Part shown: piece after piece, positions 27,221 to 41,454 of the stretch
How the letters are laid out: each line of letters begins with the position of its first letter
How positions within the stretch are numbered: position 1 is the stretch's first letter
DNA from: Narcine bancroftii
Taxonomy: Eukaryota
Reading direction: 5' to 3'
Assembly (NCBI RefSeq): GCF_036971445.1
Contig: NC_091470.1
Span: 145,390,001 to 145,454,000, forward strand
Length of the DNA stretch: 64,000 nucleotides
The notes under the pieces: generated by a model
What the model saw: the letters and a program-made list of their open reading frames with translations, nothing else
Told to the model about the DNA's origin: nothing
Database searches by the model: none
Made by a program: the position numbers and the translations under genes

Positions 27221-29269
27221 TTAAAAACACACGGAAATGCTGGAGGTTCAGTTTGTTCAGTGTGTTTTCACTACAATCACAGCATCTGCAGACTTTCATG
27301 TCTCAACAGCCTCTTTCTGCTCTCATTTTCTTATTAGACAACTTAGGGTTGAGGATTGTGCAGCAATGGTCGAATAATGCTGGGGATGAGAAAGTCCAAA
27401 AGCAGTGCGGGACGCAATGAACAGCAGAGCAAAGTCATCGACTTTCGCCAGCGCGTGATCTGTTTGGAAAGAACCGGAGCTTGAATCTGAAGGATTTAGT
27501 TTTCAAGCACATGCATCTTGCATGACCTGGGTGGGATGGGACCTTCATCATTTGGTTTTCAAGAACTGTTGAAACAATGCCTCCTCATGCTGCCCAATGC
27601 AAGTTACGGTTAGTTAACAGTGAACTGCTTTGAATGTTTTGCTGGGCAGGCCAGATCCCCAGGGCATCGTCCAACTGCAGTTCCATCTGCTACCCCTGCA
27701 CAGCCAACCAGCAAGAGAAATGGGCTGCGCTCATGCAGTGAAGAAGTGTTGGAGAAACTCAGCAGGTCACGCATCATCCATTGGAAGTAAAAGGCAGTCA
27801 TTTCAGGCCCTGAGCTCCGATTGATTTAAAAGGCTTCGAAATCGACACCAAATATGAAGGGGATGGATGGAAATCTATCAGGTGCAAGAGCTAGGTTTTA
27901 GTTCGATTTCGACATCAGGTTGTCACTGGGCTTCAAGCTCCGTATTGTTCAATGATCCATGTTTATAATCGCTGAGAGCTTATCCAAAGGCTATGTATGA
28001 CTCCTGAAGCTGGATTCCCTGCCACCAGCAATGCCCTTCCAACATCTAATTAGTCGAGATCCATTTGAATTTTACAGGTTTCCATGACATCCCCTCTCAC
28101 CCCTCGAAGCTCCAATGAGTTCGTCTAATTGATCCAACCTCTCATCATACACCAGCTCTGGAATCAGCCTGAACCTTTGTTCATCTCAGGAGGGATGACC
28201 CCAAACTCCACACATGACCCAATCGCAACAAGACTGGAGCATCCTTGACGAATCAAGGTAATGAACTTTTTGTCTGGTTTGCTTTTACAACATTTTTCAA
28301 GTTCTATGACAAAGTCACCCCTTTCCAACCTGGAGACGAAGACAGAGCACCACTGACTTCCAGGTCACCGAGGCTTCGCAGAAGCCTCCTGGGAAAACGT
28401 TGGCATCAGCAGGCCAGCGACGAGACAAGAGACCATCACAGAGAGACTCTAAAGGTAGGTGGCAAATGGGTGCTCAGGAGGGCAGGGTAGGTCTTCCTGA
28501 CAAGAGCTGAGGTGGTGGTGCTTGGCCTGGGATGCAGATCGCTAAACAATGGGGCACAGAGCAAATCAGGCAACCCAAGGTCACAAGGCAGAGGAATGGC
28601 ACACACAGGTACATCTGTGCCACCAGCTTTTAACCCTCCCCCATCTGATCTGCAGCACAAATGAGCTGGACCCTCGTCAGGATCCACTCCAAGCAGGTGA
28701 GACTGTAGACGCTGGAATCTGAACACCAACTGCTGGAGGACCTCAACAGGTCGAGCAGCATTGCAGGGGTGGGGCGGGGCATGGAGGGCCTCAACCTGAA
28801 GCATCCACTATTCTTCAGACAGATGTCGCTCAACTCGCTGCTCCTCCAGGAAGGTGTGTGTATCCATTCCAAGGCATTGTTCCTCTCAGTAACATTGCTG
28901 CACTGCTAACTTCAACCCCTTCCATTCTACTTCCACTCTGGACTCAAAGCCTCACAAATATTCCCATTGTGAAAGCAGCACTTGAAAGTTCATCCAAGCC
29001 ATTTTCAATTGAATTTTAACCAGTAATTCACTTCTGAAAAGTTATGATCCCATCCCTCTCTGGTTTATTTCCCAACTTTGCAATGCCCAAAATTTATAAT
29101 TTATGATAAAGAATTAGAAGCCTCTCCTGCTTGCTACAGCTAATCTTGCATCATGGCACCACTTCCCTGCTCTCTTCTCATTTCATACAGAGCCTAGATC
29201 AAGCTCAGTGCACAGTGACAGAACCTCCACAGCTTTCTTGGAAAGGAATCCCAAACAATGGAACTCTTG

Positions 29270-29750
29270 TAAAACACCAAAATCAAGTCTGCAGACACTA
29301 TGGATGAAGTAAAAACATGATGCTGGAGAAACCCAGCAGGTCAAACAGTGTCCTTTATATGGCCAGGATAAAGATACAAGGTATGACAAAATGTGGACAG
29401 AGGCCTGAACAAAATGGTGGGAGGGGAAGAGGGAGGAACACAGTCCCAGAGACTGGAGTAATAGACAGATAAGGGAAGGAACACCAGGAAATGGTGGTAG
29501 GGGGATGGGTCTGTGAATGGAGAGGGAAGGGGAGGAGAGCTGGAGGAAAGAAGAGAAGGGGAAAGGAAGGGAGGGAGAATGGACAGAAACTGGAGAATTC
29601 GATGTTGATGTCACCCAGTTGGAGAGTGCCCAGATGGAAAATTAAATGTTGCTCCTCCAATTTATGGCGGTCTAGGTTGGATAGTACAAGGTCAAGGGCA
29701 GACATGTCTGCATGGGAGTGGAGAACAGAATTGAAATGGTGCAGAAACTG
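29270..29750 (-). mobile_element. Penelope-like element 3' fragment (GIY-YIG remnant plus terminal repeat)
   Basis: ORF 29355..29705 MSALDLV...RHKLEEQHLIFHLGTLQLGDINIEFSSF; same family as 7290-7830. Confidence 0.85.
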
Positions 29751-32529
29751 AACTCTTGTGTTGGGACTGCGACCTCTGGTTCTGAGACACTAAGTTTGTA
29801 AATTTCTCCCTCTTCTCAACAACCTCTTCAAAAGTGTTGGAGCTTCCCCTTGGTCAGAGAAAACTCACTGAATGTCCATCCAAAAGAGACCTGTATCATT
29901 ATGACCAAAGGATTGCCTGATTATTGGCAGGACACCAACTCAGCATAATCACATTATTGTTCCAGAACTGAGACACACTCATTTCAAGAGTGAAAAAAGA
30001 GGGAGTGGGGTTAAAGAGAGAAAAAGCAGGAAGAACAAAAGAGATGAAAGAGAAAATAATCCTCGCTGCAGGAGTTCTGTTCATATCCACTCCATCGTGT
30101 CCACCAAGGCTTCAGGAGATGGCCTGCATTTGGAACATAGTGCACTGCAGGACCTCCAGCCCATGATGCTGTGCTGACTAATCTCATCTCCTCCAACATC
30201 AGTCTAACTCTTCCACGCCTCACAGCCCAGTTGGATGCTGCACCGGGTAGCTGAATTCCAATCGCTCTGCCTCCCCCCCCACCCCCATCCAGCTGCCCAC
30301 TGGAATGATCAATATCATGTGAAATTCCACAAAGGAGCTAATTTTGGATTTGGATGACAATGTAAAACCAGCAGCCAATCAATCTCATTATTGTTTCGCA
30401 CATCCCTCCCACGATACCACCAACCACACACAAGAGTTCAGGGAGACGTACAATTGGTTCCTTGTCCCAAGTTCACAATACCGGACTGGCCTTGGAGTGA
30501 TACACTGATGCATTCTGCTATTTAAAGACTTGGCAGCTTCTCCAATAGAGTGAGGCACCACCACAACAGAGTGGACTAAATAGCTGTGGTAACTTGTGCC
30601 TGCTCATCTGATGAGTATGAAATTTTCACGGTTTGTGCTGATTGTTGGCATCAAGACTGGGATTCTAAATGGGCAAACTTCCCATTGAAATGGACCTCAA
30701 TAGGCCAAGAGACCAGTTGGGAAAATGGGCAGAGCGGTGGCAGATGGAATTTAATCTTGTTAGGGGTTAAATTTTGAGCAGACCCACAAGGTCTGGATAG
30801 ACAGGACCAGGGAAATGCTGATGGACAGAGAGGGACTTGGGTGAACACATCAAAGGATCTCAGAATGTGACAGCACAGGTTGATAAGGTGGCTTACAAGG
30901 CACTGGTCTTCATTTGCAAATGCAGAGAATTCAATGAAAGTTTTTGGGGGGGGGGGGTGTTCTCATCACACCTGGAGTACAGTGTACAGCTCGGGTCAAT
31001 ACATCAGGCCAGGCATTCAACCTTCTTTTGGCTGGGGGCCCCCTTAGGATTCTGATCAAAGTTTATGTGAAGCAGTCTTTTGGCTTCTCCAACTGACCAC
31101 ATAAAAAAGTCTACGTCCACCGCCCCCCCCCCCCCACCCCACCACCATGTGCTGTAGCCCTGGGGAGGGGTGGGAGGGGAAAAGAGGGTGCATTACCCCC
31201 ATGAGAATGACTGCACAAAAGGATGGATGAATATCTATCAGAGAGGGTGCAGAGGAGATTCAACAGGACATTGCCGAGGATGGACTGTTTCAGACCAGAA
31301 GAGAGGCCAACTTCCTGTGGGGCAGAGGAGGCAAAGAGGGACGGATGAAGAACACCAACGCTATGAGAAATACATAATTGAGCTAAATGGCTGAAGGGTC
31401 ACAAGGGTTTGAAATCCAATGGAACTGGAGGAAGAATCTTGTCCACTTGGGTATCTGGAATTCATTACCCGAGGGGAAAGATATCCTCACCCTTTCAGTC
31501 GGACTGTAAAACCCCTGGTATCCAGCACCTATGGGCATTGGTCGATGCCAGAGAAGCGATTTTTTTTTCCATTTGCTTGAGATTGCATGTCTGGCAAACT
31601 AGCCACTGGTTGGGGTGGGTGGGGGGAGGTGCAATTTTAAACTCATTTTTTTTAAACCCATTTATTTTCCACAATTTTTTTTGCCATTTGCTGGAGGACA
31701 CTGGTGGCTTGAATGCCAGATAACAGGGATTTTTACTGCATTGTAATGACACTTGAAATAGGACCGTGTGGGTGTTTCCAAGCTCCACGCTGGACTGTGT
31801 CATCAGCACAGGACCAGGTCCATGATGAGCAGGATGGAAATGGAGGACAGAAGGGCCCCTTTCCATGCTCTCCAACTCCCTGACTCTCGAACAAGCATTT
31901 CAGCCTGACCCAGGTGGAGCCCAAACTTCTAAACATTTTCAGGCCTTGTGCCCCAGAGCAAGGAATTCCAGTCAAAATTGCACATCTCCCTGGTCTGCCT
32001 CAGATGCAAATTAGACACCTGTGCCTCAAGGAAACTGTGGGGAGGAGAAGAAATCCATCAAAACCAGTCCAAACTGCTCGTGTTCAGCGTCCTGTAAACA
32101 CTCAGGGAAAAACTCTGGTGTTGGACTTCAAATCCAGCTAACGGAGCATGGCGAGAGTCGGTGCAGAGCAAAAAGTGCCTCTCCCCTTTTGTACCCCCCC
32201 TCCCCACCCAGGGCTGCCTCGGTGGGGTTTGCACATTCTCCCTGTGACTACATGGGGTCCTTCCCTGGGCGCTGTGGTTTGCTCCCACATACCAAAACAG
32301 TGAACATTCAAAGAAAATATAATCAAGCCAAAACTCTTCCCACCCCAAAAAAAATTCACATGGGATCAGTTCGAGAACCATGTTCTAAATTACAGAGTTA
32401 GAAATCACATAGGCTGCACTCCAGTGTAGGACCCTCAGAGGCAGTTAATGTTTGAAGAACATACTCAAGAATCAGGAGACAAAGGAGGCAGAATCTCGGG
32501 GCCAGGGCTGAGGGAGTCAGCTGCATACT

Positions 32530-35500
32530 CAGTACTTACTATCTCCCTTTCCAACTGTTCTATTTCCTGTTTGTAGTCATTTTTTCATCTTAGTTACGTA
32601 ACTTATTATCTGCCCTCTAATGAAGGCTTTCATTGCATCCCATAATATAAATTTGTCTTTCATTGATTCCGTATTTATTTCAAAGTACATTTTAATTTAG
32701 CGCTCAATAAACTCTCTAAATTCCTGCTTTTTAAGTAGCATGGAGTTTAACCTCCAACTATGTTTTTGGTGGGATGTCCTCCAGTTCTATCGCTAATAAC
32801 AGGGGTGAATGATCAGATAGCAATCTAGCTTTATATTCAGTTTTCTTAACTCTCCCTTGAATATGGGCTGACCACAAAAACATATCAATCCTTGAGTATG
32901 TTTTATGCCACTCGAATAATATGAGTATTCCTTCTCCCTTGGGTGCTTCCTCCTCCATATATCCATAAGTTTCATTTCCTGCATTGATTTAACCATAAAT
33001 TTGGCCACTCTATTCTTTTTGCTAGTCTTTTGTCCAGTTTTAATCAACATTGGATCCAAATTGAGGTTAAAATCCCTCCTATCAATATATTTCCTGTGTA
33101 TCTGCAATCTTCAAAAACATTTCCTGCATAAACTTTTGATCCTCTTCATTAGGTGCATATATATTGAGCAAATTCCAGAATTCTGAATATACCTGACACT
33201 TTATCATTACATACCTGCCTGCTGGATCTATTATTTCCTCCTCTATTTTGATTGGTACATTTTTATTAATTAATATAGCTACACCTCTGGCTTTTGAATT
33301 ATATGATGTTGCCACTACACGTCCTACCCAGTCTCTCTATTATATTCCACTTCAGTTAGATGCGTTTCCGGCACAAATGCTCTATTTTTTCTTTTTTCAG
33401 GAAATTTAATAGCCTTTTTCCTTCAATTTGGTTATATATTCCATTAATGTTTATAGTCATGTAGTTCAACATGGCCATCTCATATTGTTTACACCTCATT
33501 TCTGCTTCCTCACCACCACCCCAAAATTCTGAATATATCTGACACTTTATCATTACATACCTCCCTGCTGGATCTATTATTTCCTCCTCTATTTTGATTG
33601 GTACATTTTTATTAATTAATATAGCTACACCTCTAGCTTTTGAATTATATGATGTTGCCGCTACGTGCCCTACCCAGTCTCTCTTTAATTTATTTTTCCC
33701 ATTTTCATCTCTCAGTTTTCCCTTTTTGAACTCAATGTATGACAACACATTTAAAACACAAAATACTTCAACAACTCCCACATCTGATATTCTCTTAACC
33801 CCAAATGTGCCCCCTCTCCGAGTTGCCCCTTATCCCTTGCCGGGCAACCACAACTCCTCTCTCCATTTGGATTGAAGCGTCAATTGATTTCGCAGTGACG
33901 GTTATTCTCTCCTACCCATTTCCCTCCAGAAAATACTTTTTTCTTCACATATAACAAAGCTCACCCTTTTTTCTCCCTTACTTCCTTTCTTCCCATCTCT
34001 TTCCCTTCTTTAGTTCTTACATATACATTATTTTTACATCTTTATATGTATTTTAATCGCCATTCTTCATTCTTGTTACATCTCTTCATCTCTCCTTCTG
34101 TCCTGCAGGCATTCTGCAAATTCTCGTGCTTCCTCTGGATCTGAGAACAGTTTGTTTTGCTCCCAGGGATAAATATTTGAAGCATAGCTGGATATCTTAA
34201 CATAAATTTATAACCTTTTTTCCATAGGATATATTTTGCTGTATTAAACTCCTTCCTCCTCTTTAAGAGTTCAAAACTTATGTCTGGATAAAAAAATATT
34301 TTTTGACCCTTGTATTCCATTGGTTTTTTTGTATTCTCTAATTTTATTCCTTGCCCATTCAAGTATATTTTCTCTTGTATATCTCAGAAATTTTACTAAA
34401 ATGGATCTTGGTTTTTGATGTGTCTGGTTTCAGAGCTAGTGTTCTGTGTGCCCTTTCTATTTCCATTCCTTCCTGTATTTCTGTCATTCCCAGGACCTTT
34501 GGGATGGATTCTTTTATAAATACTTTCATATCTGTGCCTTCTTCATCTTCCTTTAGGCCCACTATCTTTATGTTGTTTTGGCTACTATAATTTTCCAAAA
34601 TATCAATTTTCTGAGCTAACAACTCTTGTGACCAACTTTTTTGTCACTTTCTTCCAATTTTCTTCTTAAGTCATTCACTTCCATTTCTACAGCCATTTCT
34701 CGTTCTTCCACATTCTCTACTCTTTTCCCTATTTCTGTCATGACCAGCTCTATTCTACTCACTTTTTCTTCTGTACTTTTCATTTCACTAAATTCTAAAG
34801 TCAACCATTCTTTTAATGCTCTCATTTGTTCTTGAAAATATTTTTTAAATCTATATTCTGCCCATCTATTTTACCTTCTATTTCTCTCTCCAGATCTTGG
34901 TCTTCTTCCTCTTCTGTGTCTGCACCTGTGTTTCTTCTCTTCCTTGTATCTGTGTTTCTTCTAACTTTCCTGATGGGTTGCTTGTCTCACTTTGCTGGGC
35001 TTCTTCTTGATTGGCTTCTTGCCGTTGGTCCTATTCTTCTGGGTCTTGTGGGTCTCCTGCTGCTGCTCTTCTTTCCTATCACTCCTTTTCCTATCACTTC
35101 CCTCTTCTTCCAGCTGAGATCCCTGGTGTCAGGCATCCCTCAGCTGATCGCGCTGTGTTTGCCCACTCCTCAGCTGGGCCCCCTCCTGTCGGAGCGCAGC
35201 TGCGCGACTCTTCATGCGCGGCTCTTCGCGCATGCGCAGTTGCGCACTTTTGTTTGGCTCAAAGAGCCATTTTTGCAGACCAGCGGTCGGTGGGGGGTGG
35301 GGGGGTCACAACTCTGCGGGGTTGTCACCTTGGAGAATGGGCTCTCTTCTCCATGACAGCTCCCTGTTTCTTCATGCAGGTAAGGCCTTCTCATTTCTTT
35401 TCCGTTGTCTTTTCTTCTTTTCTTTCCCATTGTTTTTACTTTTTCCTTCTTGGGTGCCATTTTCTTTCTTTTCTCCACAACTTTATCCTTTATTTGTTAT

Positions 35501-35604
35501 GTTTTGTGTTTCTTGAACTTTGTATTTTCTTCACTTTATTTCTTCTTTTCTGGAGAGGGCTGGTATTCTCCTACCGGTCATTACTCCATCACATGACTCC
35601 TCCC
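32530..35604 (-). mobile_element. L1 LINE, 5'-complete but 3'-truncated and decayed (5' UTR, ORF1, APE endonuclease of ORF2)
   Basis: 5' end gggaggagtcatgtgatggagta matches 49058 onward. Frameshifted ORF1 pieces (NNIKIVGLKEDEEG, IERAHR, IFFYPDISFELLK) and endonuclease motifs (NINGI, KARGVAILI, NIYAPN, DFNL, YSRIDMF, SDHSP). No RT domain or poly-A. Confidence 0.92.
33521..33684 (-). repeat. ~165-bp second copy of an endonuclease-coding segment (matches ~33175-33338) inside the L1
   Basis: Both copies encode ATSYNSKARGVAILINKNVPIKIEEEIIDPAGRYVMIKCQ(I/V)YSEFW. Confidence 0.9.
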
Positions 35605-35719
35605 GAGTGCTCCATAGTCAGTGATGCCATTATTTAACTGAGACATTAAACCAAAATCCCTTCTGCACTGTGAGTGGGACACTATTTGGTGCAGCCACGA
35701 TATCAGAAGAAGCCAATCC

Positions 35720-35935
35720 ACAGCAGCACAGTTCACACAATATAACTACAGCACGAGTGACCCAGGTTCAAATCCACCCCTGTCCGTAAGGAGTCTGCAC
35801 GTTCTCCAGTGTCTGCATGGATTACCTCAAGACAGTTCAATTTTCTCCCACATTCAACAGAAGTACAAGGTTAGATGGTCACAAGGATGTAATTGGGCAG
35901 CATGGGCTGGCTGGAACGTCTGTTACCATGCAAAA
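35720..35935 (+). mobile_element. V-domain SINE copy
   Basis: gtgacccaggttcaaatccacccctgtccgtaaggagtctgcacgttctcc core. Confidence 0.7.
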
Positions 35936-38900
35936 TCACTCAATTAAACCACACAAGAAGTGTATCCCAACCAATAACCAGCCTGGAAAGTTTGACTAAG
36001 TATTCAGGCAGAATAGGAAATCAGCAGTTAAACTCCAAAAGTTGGTCAATTATGTTCTGGTTACATCCATTTATTTTACCATCTGCCCACACTACCTCTA
36101 TTGAATGTCTTAGTGTCTCCTATACCATCTGGCTCAGTTCCAACTTGTCGTGAACTTGTCATGAGGTCAGGATTTCACTGCTGCCGCAGATGAAGTTTTT
36201 CCTTTTTATTCTACAGGATGATGGGACAAACCAGCCCGTGCTGATAGTCTTGCCTCCTGACACACATCTTTTCAACCATTGACAAGATAAAGCTTACAAA
36301 TGCAATGTGATATTCCCCACGTGCTGGAGGGGTGCACGATGCAACGTTCACTGGCAACCCATCCAGCACCCCATTCATCCCCTCCACCACTGTCACATGC
36401 TGCCTGCATTGTGGATCTGTGCCAATGTAACAGGCTTGGTCTGGGCAAAAGGGACGACTTGAGGAACTTTTTCCCAGCATTTATTTGCTCCCCTCAGCAG
36501 TGCAGGGCGACACGGTGAGGAGCAGGAGGGGAGAGGCAACAGAAGAGGTGTTGCACAGCAAAGTCATTTCCAGCAAACTCATTGAGATAAACAAACTAAA
36601 AAAAAAATTATTAGATGATTAATAAAATTTCTAATGAAGAGTTGGGAATAAGAATTAATAAAGTGACTTTTTAAGTCTGTTACACCAACAGCATCACAAA
36701 AAGAGGGCTGGTCACCGCCTCAAGGGGTGTAAAGGACGAGCGATGAATGCTGGCCAGTTATGCCGAGTTCACAACGATACAAATTCGGAGCAACTCATGA
36801 AGATCCCAGCTGGTCAGGGAGCATCTGTGGAAAGCAACAGTCAACGTTCTGGTTTGAAAACATTTAATCAGGAATGTGCTGCTGTGGCAGAGAGTCACAT
36901 GGACGAAGGCTTCTTCATCCAGCATCTGCAGACTTCTTGCTTACCCAATGATACACATTGAGAAAAAACAGAATTCCCTGCAAATGTTGAGCCTGAAAGG
37001 ATTGCTTTTTTTTTTGTTTAACAGTCACATCTAAACAATTTTGCAGCATTGTTTTAAAATGCAAGAATTTCATTCACTGGTGAGTGCATGACACAATATT
37101 TATTGGCAACCCATCCAGCACCCCCGTCTGCTCCAGTGCTGGACTCCGGACGAACCGCAGTGTAACAGATTACAGGGTCATGATCACCATGCTGCCTGCT
37201 GCCCCTGAATTTGCATTGGAGACCATACTTCAAATCTCAACGCTGCGCGATTCTCCAAAGAACGACAGGAATAGAAACAGTCTCTCAGTACCTCAAAATA
37301 CCTCTACGAACAGTGCACAAAAGTGCTGGACAAATTCACTCTTGTCATGCAGCACCCATGGAAAGCAAAAATAAATCGGGCCTGCCTTTCCCTTTGTATG
37401 GACGCTGCTTGACCTGCTGAGTTTCTCCAGTACTTTTGAGCACGGCCTGTAACCCCAGCATCTGCAGACTCCTTGTTTACTTTGACAAAGCGACAAATGC
37501 AAAACCTACAGCATTTGACTCATCAAGTCTGCTCAAAGATGATGAAGAGCCCACCTGCACTTAAGATATTTTTCTCCCCCCACATTCCCCCTCACCGACC
37601 AACCTGCTTGTCTTTGGTTGCTGGGAGGAAACTGGAACATCTTGAGGAAACACTAACATCTTGAGGAAACACACACAGTTAGAGAGAACCCAGGTCTCTT
37701 GCACTGTGAGACACCCCCCAAACACCCCCCACCCCCACCATCCACTCCCACCCCTGTATAAACTCCTTGTTGCACTTTCCTCCACCAAACATCTCATTAA
37801 CGCGCAGCTGTGAGGAGCTGGAGAAATGAACCCAGGTTAAAAATCACTTCATTACAAGTCAATTAAAAATACAAATTAATTTAATTCACCTTAGCAAAAA
37901 GCAGGGCTCCAATTTTAATTGATTTCTGCACATGGATCTCAAACTAATTATCATGCATTTGTCAAGTATAGGTTAACAAGTCGAAGTGATGCACTCCGAT
38001 GAGGATTGTAAAACTAATTATTTTCCCCTTTTCGGTCTTTTTCCTGGGAATCCAAGAGAGCAGACTGGCCTTCCAAAGATCTGCCGTGATGTTGGATGGA
38101 ATATTTCCAAGTGTGAAATTTCATCACTCGAAGAAATAAAATAAAAAGGGAATATTGCAGGTGATGGACAGTGTACATGCAACACCAATGGATGAGACCT
38201 GCAATGTGTTTCTGGAATCTATGCTTTTGGCTTGAAAGAGAAACTCCCATGGGACACACATTCATCTGCTCTGATCTTCAGGAGTAACATCTCCACTAAT
38301 TACTGTGGGGTGCCACGTTTCTCAGGATAAGTTTCCACGCAGGTTGGTTTTTTTGCTAAAGGAGTAGAGAAGTCTTGTGTGCATCTTGTGTTTTTGAACA
38401 GGAACCTGATGAAGAATTTAACCTCGTCTTCCCAACTCCCATAGGATTCAAATTATGGAACTCAGTTTGGACCACAAAAAGGTGGCTTATAAGTATCCAG
38501 TTTACAATTTCGCTTTTGGGCTGTGGGGTTCCCTGGCAAGTCCAGGGAATATCCCTCCCCTCCAGAAGCCACCATCTAGAACCACTGCAATCCTCAGATG
38601 ATTTATCTGACTGCAAGAGGTGCTTCAGGCAATTTCTGCTGATGGTGAACCTATCTGTCTTACAGCAGACAAACGTCAATGTCACTGACACTGTTTTCAT
38701 TACATGACAATAAACTGAATCGTGAATGATGGTGTCGGGAGCTCCAGGATTTAGACCCACCAACCAGTGAAGGACCAGCAACACATTTCCAGGTCAAGTA
38801 CATCCTGAAGGGGGACGTGCAGGTTTCACTGCACCTGCTGCCTTGGGTGGTGGAAGTTATGGGATCAGGCAACTAAAGAAACTAACTGCAGCAACCGCCA

Positions 38901-40024
38901 ACAGTGGCTCCGATTGTGATTGGGACACAGTTACCACTCTGCTTCCTCAGGCACGAGAGCCTCGTTTGTCCGCCCATCAGGTCTGAAGTCACTATGAGAT
39001 ATTACAGCAAGGAGACCAATAGAGGGACACTGGCTTTTGACCTGAACAGGCCACCACATGAAGTAAATCAATTCATTTTGTGCGGCCAAGAGAGAGGACC
39101 AGAGACTATTTTGCAGCCAACAAGCAAGGTGCTGAAAAACATCACAGATTGATACAGGAATTGCTCTGCCCAGGATTGTAGAGGACAGAGAGCTGAGAAC
39201 ACAGGTCAGACCAGCCTCTCCTCCACCAGCTCCAACTGCACTTTCCACAGCCTCAATGTACAAGAGGACCCACCCCACTCCTGCTCTCCCCCACTGGATC
39301 GAAGGAAAACACACACAACCAAATACAAGAACGGTTTATTTCCTGTTGTCAAACAATTTGAAGCGATCTCTCATCAGTGAAAGAGCCGACAAATTCTTCC
39401 CCATCACAGTCCTTGTACCATTTTAACTGAAACTCTACACGTGTAGTTTTAAACCAACTGCTGCACTTGTACCACAGGCCATGTGGGTAATACTCAAAAC
39501 AAGCATCAGCAAAACAACTTGGTCACAGAATCACAGGGAAGGCAGCCGTTCCACCCTGTATGAGAAAATGTGAATGATTCCAGATTCAATGTCAGTGTCT
39601 CCCAAGTTCCAGCCAGTGGTTACACTGGACAATGATCATCCATGCCCCTGAATTCTTCAACACTCATGCTCCCTCGTTCTGTAAAAAGGCTCCAAAGCTG
39701 GGATACGACTAATATGTGACATTTTAAATCATCATTTAAAAAAAAATGTCGTCAGAAGGAGAGAAGTACGAAAGAAACCAACTAAATTACAGCTTCACAA
39801 GGATGGGGACCCATAAATGTTGAGCAGAGTCCCAAAGGGGTCATGGGCAAAGAAAGGCTGAGAATGGCGAATCGAGACAATGGAAGCCTGAACAAAGTCC
39901 CGAAACCCACCCTCCTGCAAGCCGGCAACAACATTCAGAAGGTGAAGCAGAGAGCAAACAAATCTGAATTCCATCCAAATCCTCGTCAGGCCTCTCCTCC
40001 ATTTTATAAAAGACTCTTATCCTG

Positions 40025-40118
40025 GGGGAAAATCCCATCAAAAGCAAGACCCACTCCAGGCCACCTGTGGGGCAAATCCCATCAAAAGCAAGACCCACTC
40101 CAGGCCACCCTGTGGGGA
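40025..40118. repeat. ~45-bp tandem duplication
   Basis: aaatcccatcaaaagcaagacccactccaggccacc occurs twice in tandem. Confidence 0.9.
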
Positions 40119-41454
40119 AATAACATCAGGAAACAGGTCCAAATGAGGAAAGAGCAGAGCAAACCAGGATGACACAGCTGGACATGCTGACCTCTGGTTC
40201 TGTGTGTGTGTGTGGAGTCTGCAGGTGCCTCGGTTTCATCCCACAGCCCAAGGGCATGTGCAGTGGCAGGTCATTTGGCTGCAGTAAATAACTCCAGGAG
40301 TGGAGGCAGGTGATAGAATCCAAGTGGAGTTGATGGGATTTTGGGGAGAACAGGACTAGTTCAAATTTGGTGCGAGACAGCCCATGTGGATCCACAGCCC
40401 CGACCTTTCCACAAGAAGGCATCATGATCCATTCGAAGCTGCTCCACCATTCAGCCAGATCCCTGTTGAGCCCAAAATGGGACCTCAGTGCCAGATTCCT
40501 GTCAGACACCTGTCAATCTCCACCTCGGAATCGACCTTTATCTAGAATTCCCAATAGGAACAAACCTCTGATTTGAAATTCTGCCTCTGCCAGCTCAAAT
40601 CGGCAACAGCCAATTCCCAAACACAAGTTTCACTCTTCAATGCTTCCACTGAGAGAAATATCCCTGTGAATCCTATTGGGAGGGAATTCCAGAGCTCAGA
40701 GCAGCTGAAGTCGGGCATGAAACAGTGGAGAGGTTCAATGCAGGAACCAAGCTGGGGTGGCCACAAGCTCGTCAGAGCATCAGAGGTTGAAGGGATGGAT
40801 GGAGATTGGAAGGGCATGGGGCATGGAGGAGGGTTGAGATACAAAAGGACTTAAAAAAAGATGATGATTTTGGAAAATTAGATGCTACTTTGAGGCCTGT
40901 GGGGTCACACAAATTGAGAAGGAAAGAAATAGGATATAGCCTGTGGATTCCTACTGATCTCACACTCTGGGGAGTAGAAAACGAGAATCCGGGGGCAGAT
41001 CTGAAAACGAGAAAAAGGTTTGAGCACCAGTAAAACTGACACGGGGTGAAACCCCTGGCAGGAGAAATCAGAATATTGCTTTACTCTTCAGTATTTAATA
41101 TTTGTTAACGTTTCCATCCATCTGCCTTCACATCGATTTTAAAAAGCACTGAATTGTCAAGACCCAATTTAGCCCTGTATTAAATCGCAGTGTGGAGCAT
41201 GCGATCAATTTCAGTGCATTATGGAGAGATTCCAGCCAATAAGGCTCCAGCTGAACTTGAACCGATTTATGGACAAGACTGTGGAAAATGATGATCAAAT
41301 GTTGTTACAGGTTGTACCTCTTTAATCCGGCTGCGTTGGGGCCTGGCCATTGCTGCACCACAGAAAATGCCAAAAAACAGAAATTAATCCCAAAGGGAAC
41401 TCCCAATGTAAACATATCAAGGAGAGAATAAAGCTTAAAAAAGGAAATAATACT

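Noticed and set aside
37636-37672. 19-bp microduplication aacatcttgaggaaacac
   Set aside because: Simple slippage within a degraded SINE; no functional implication.
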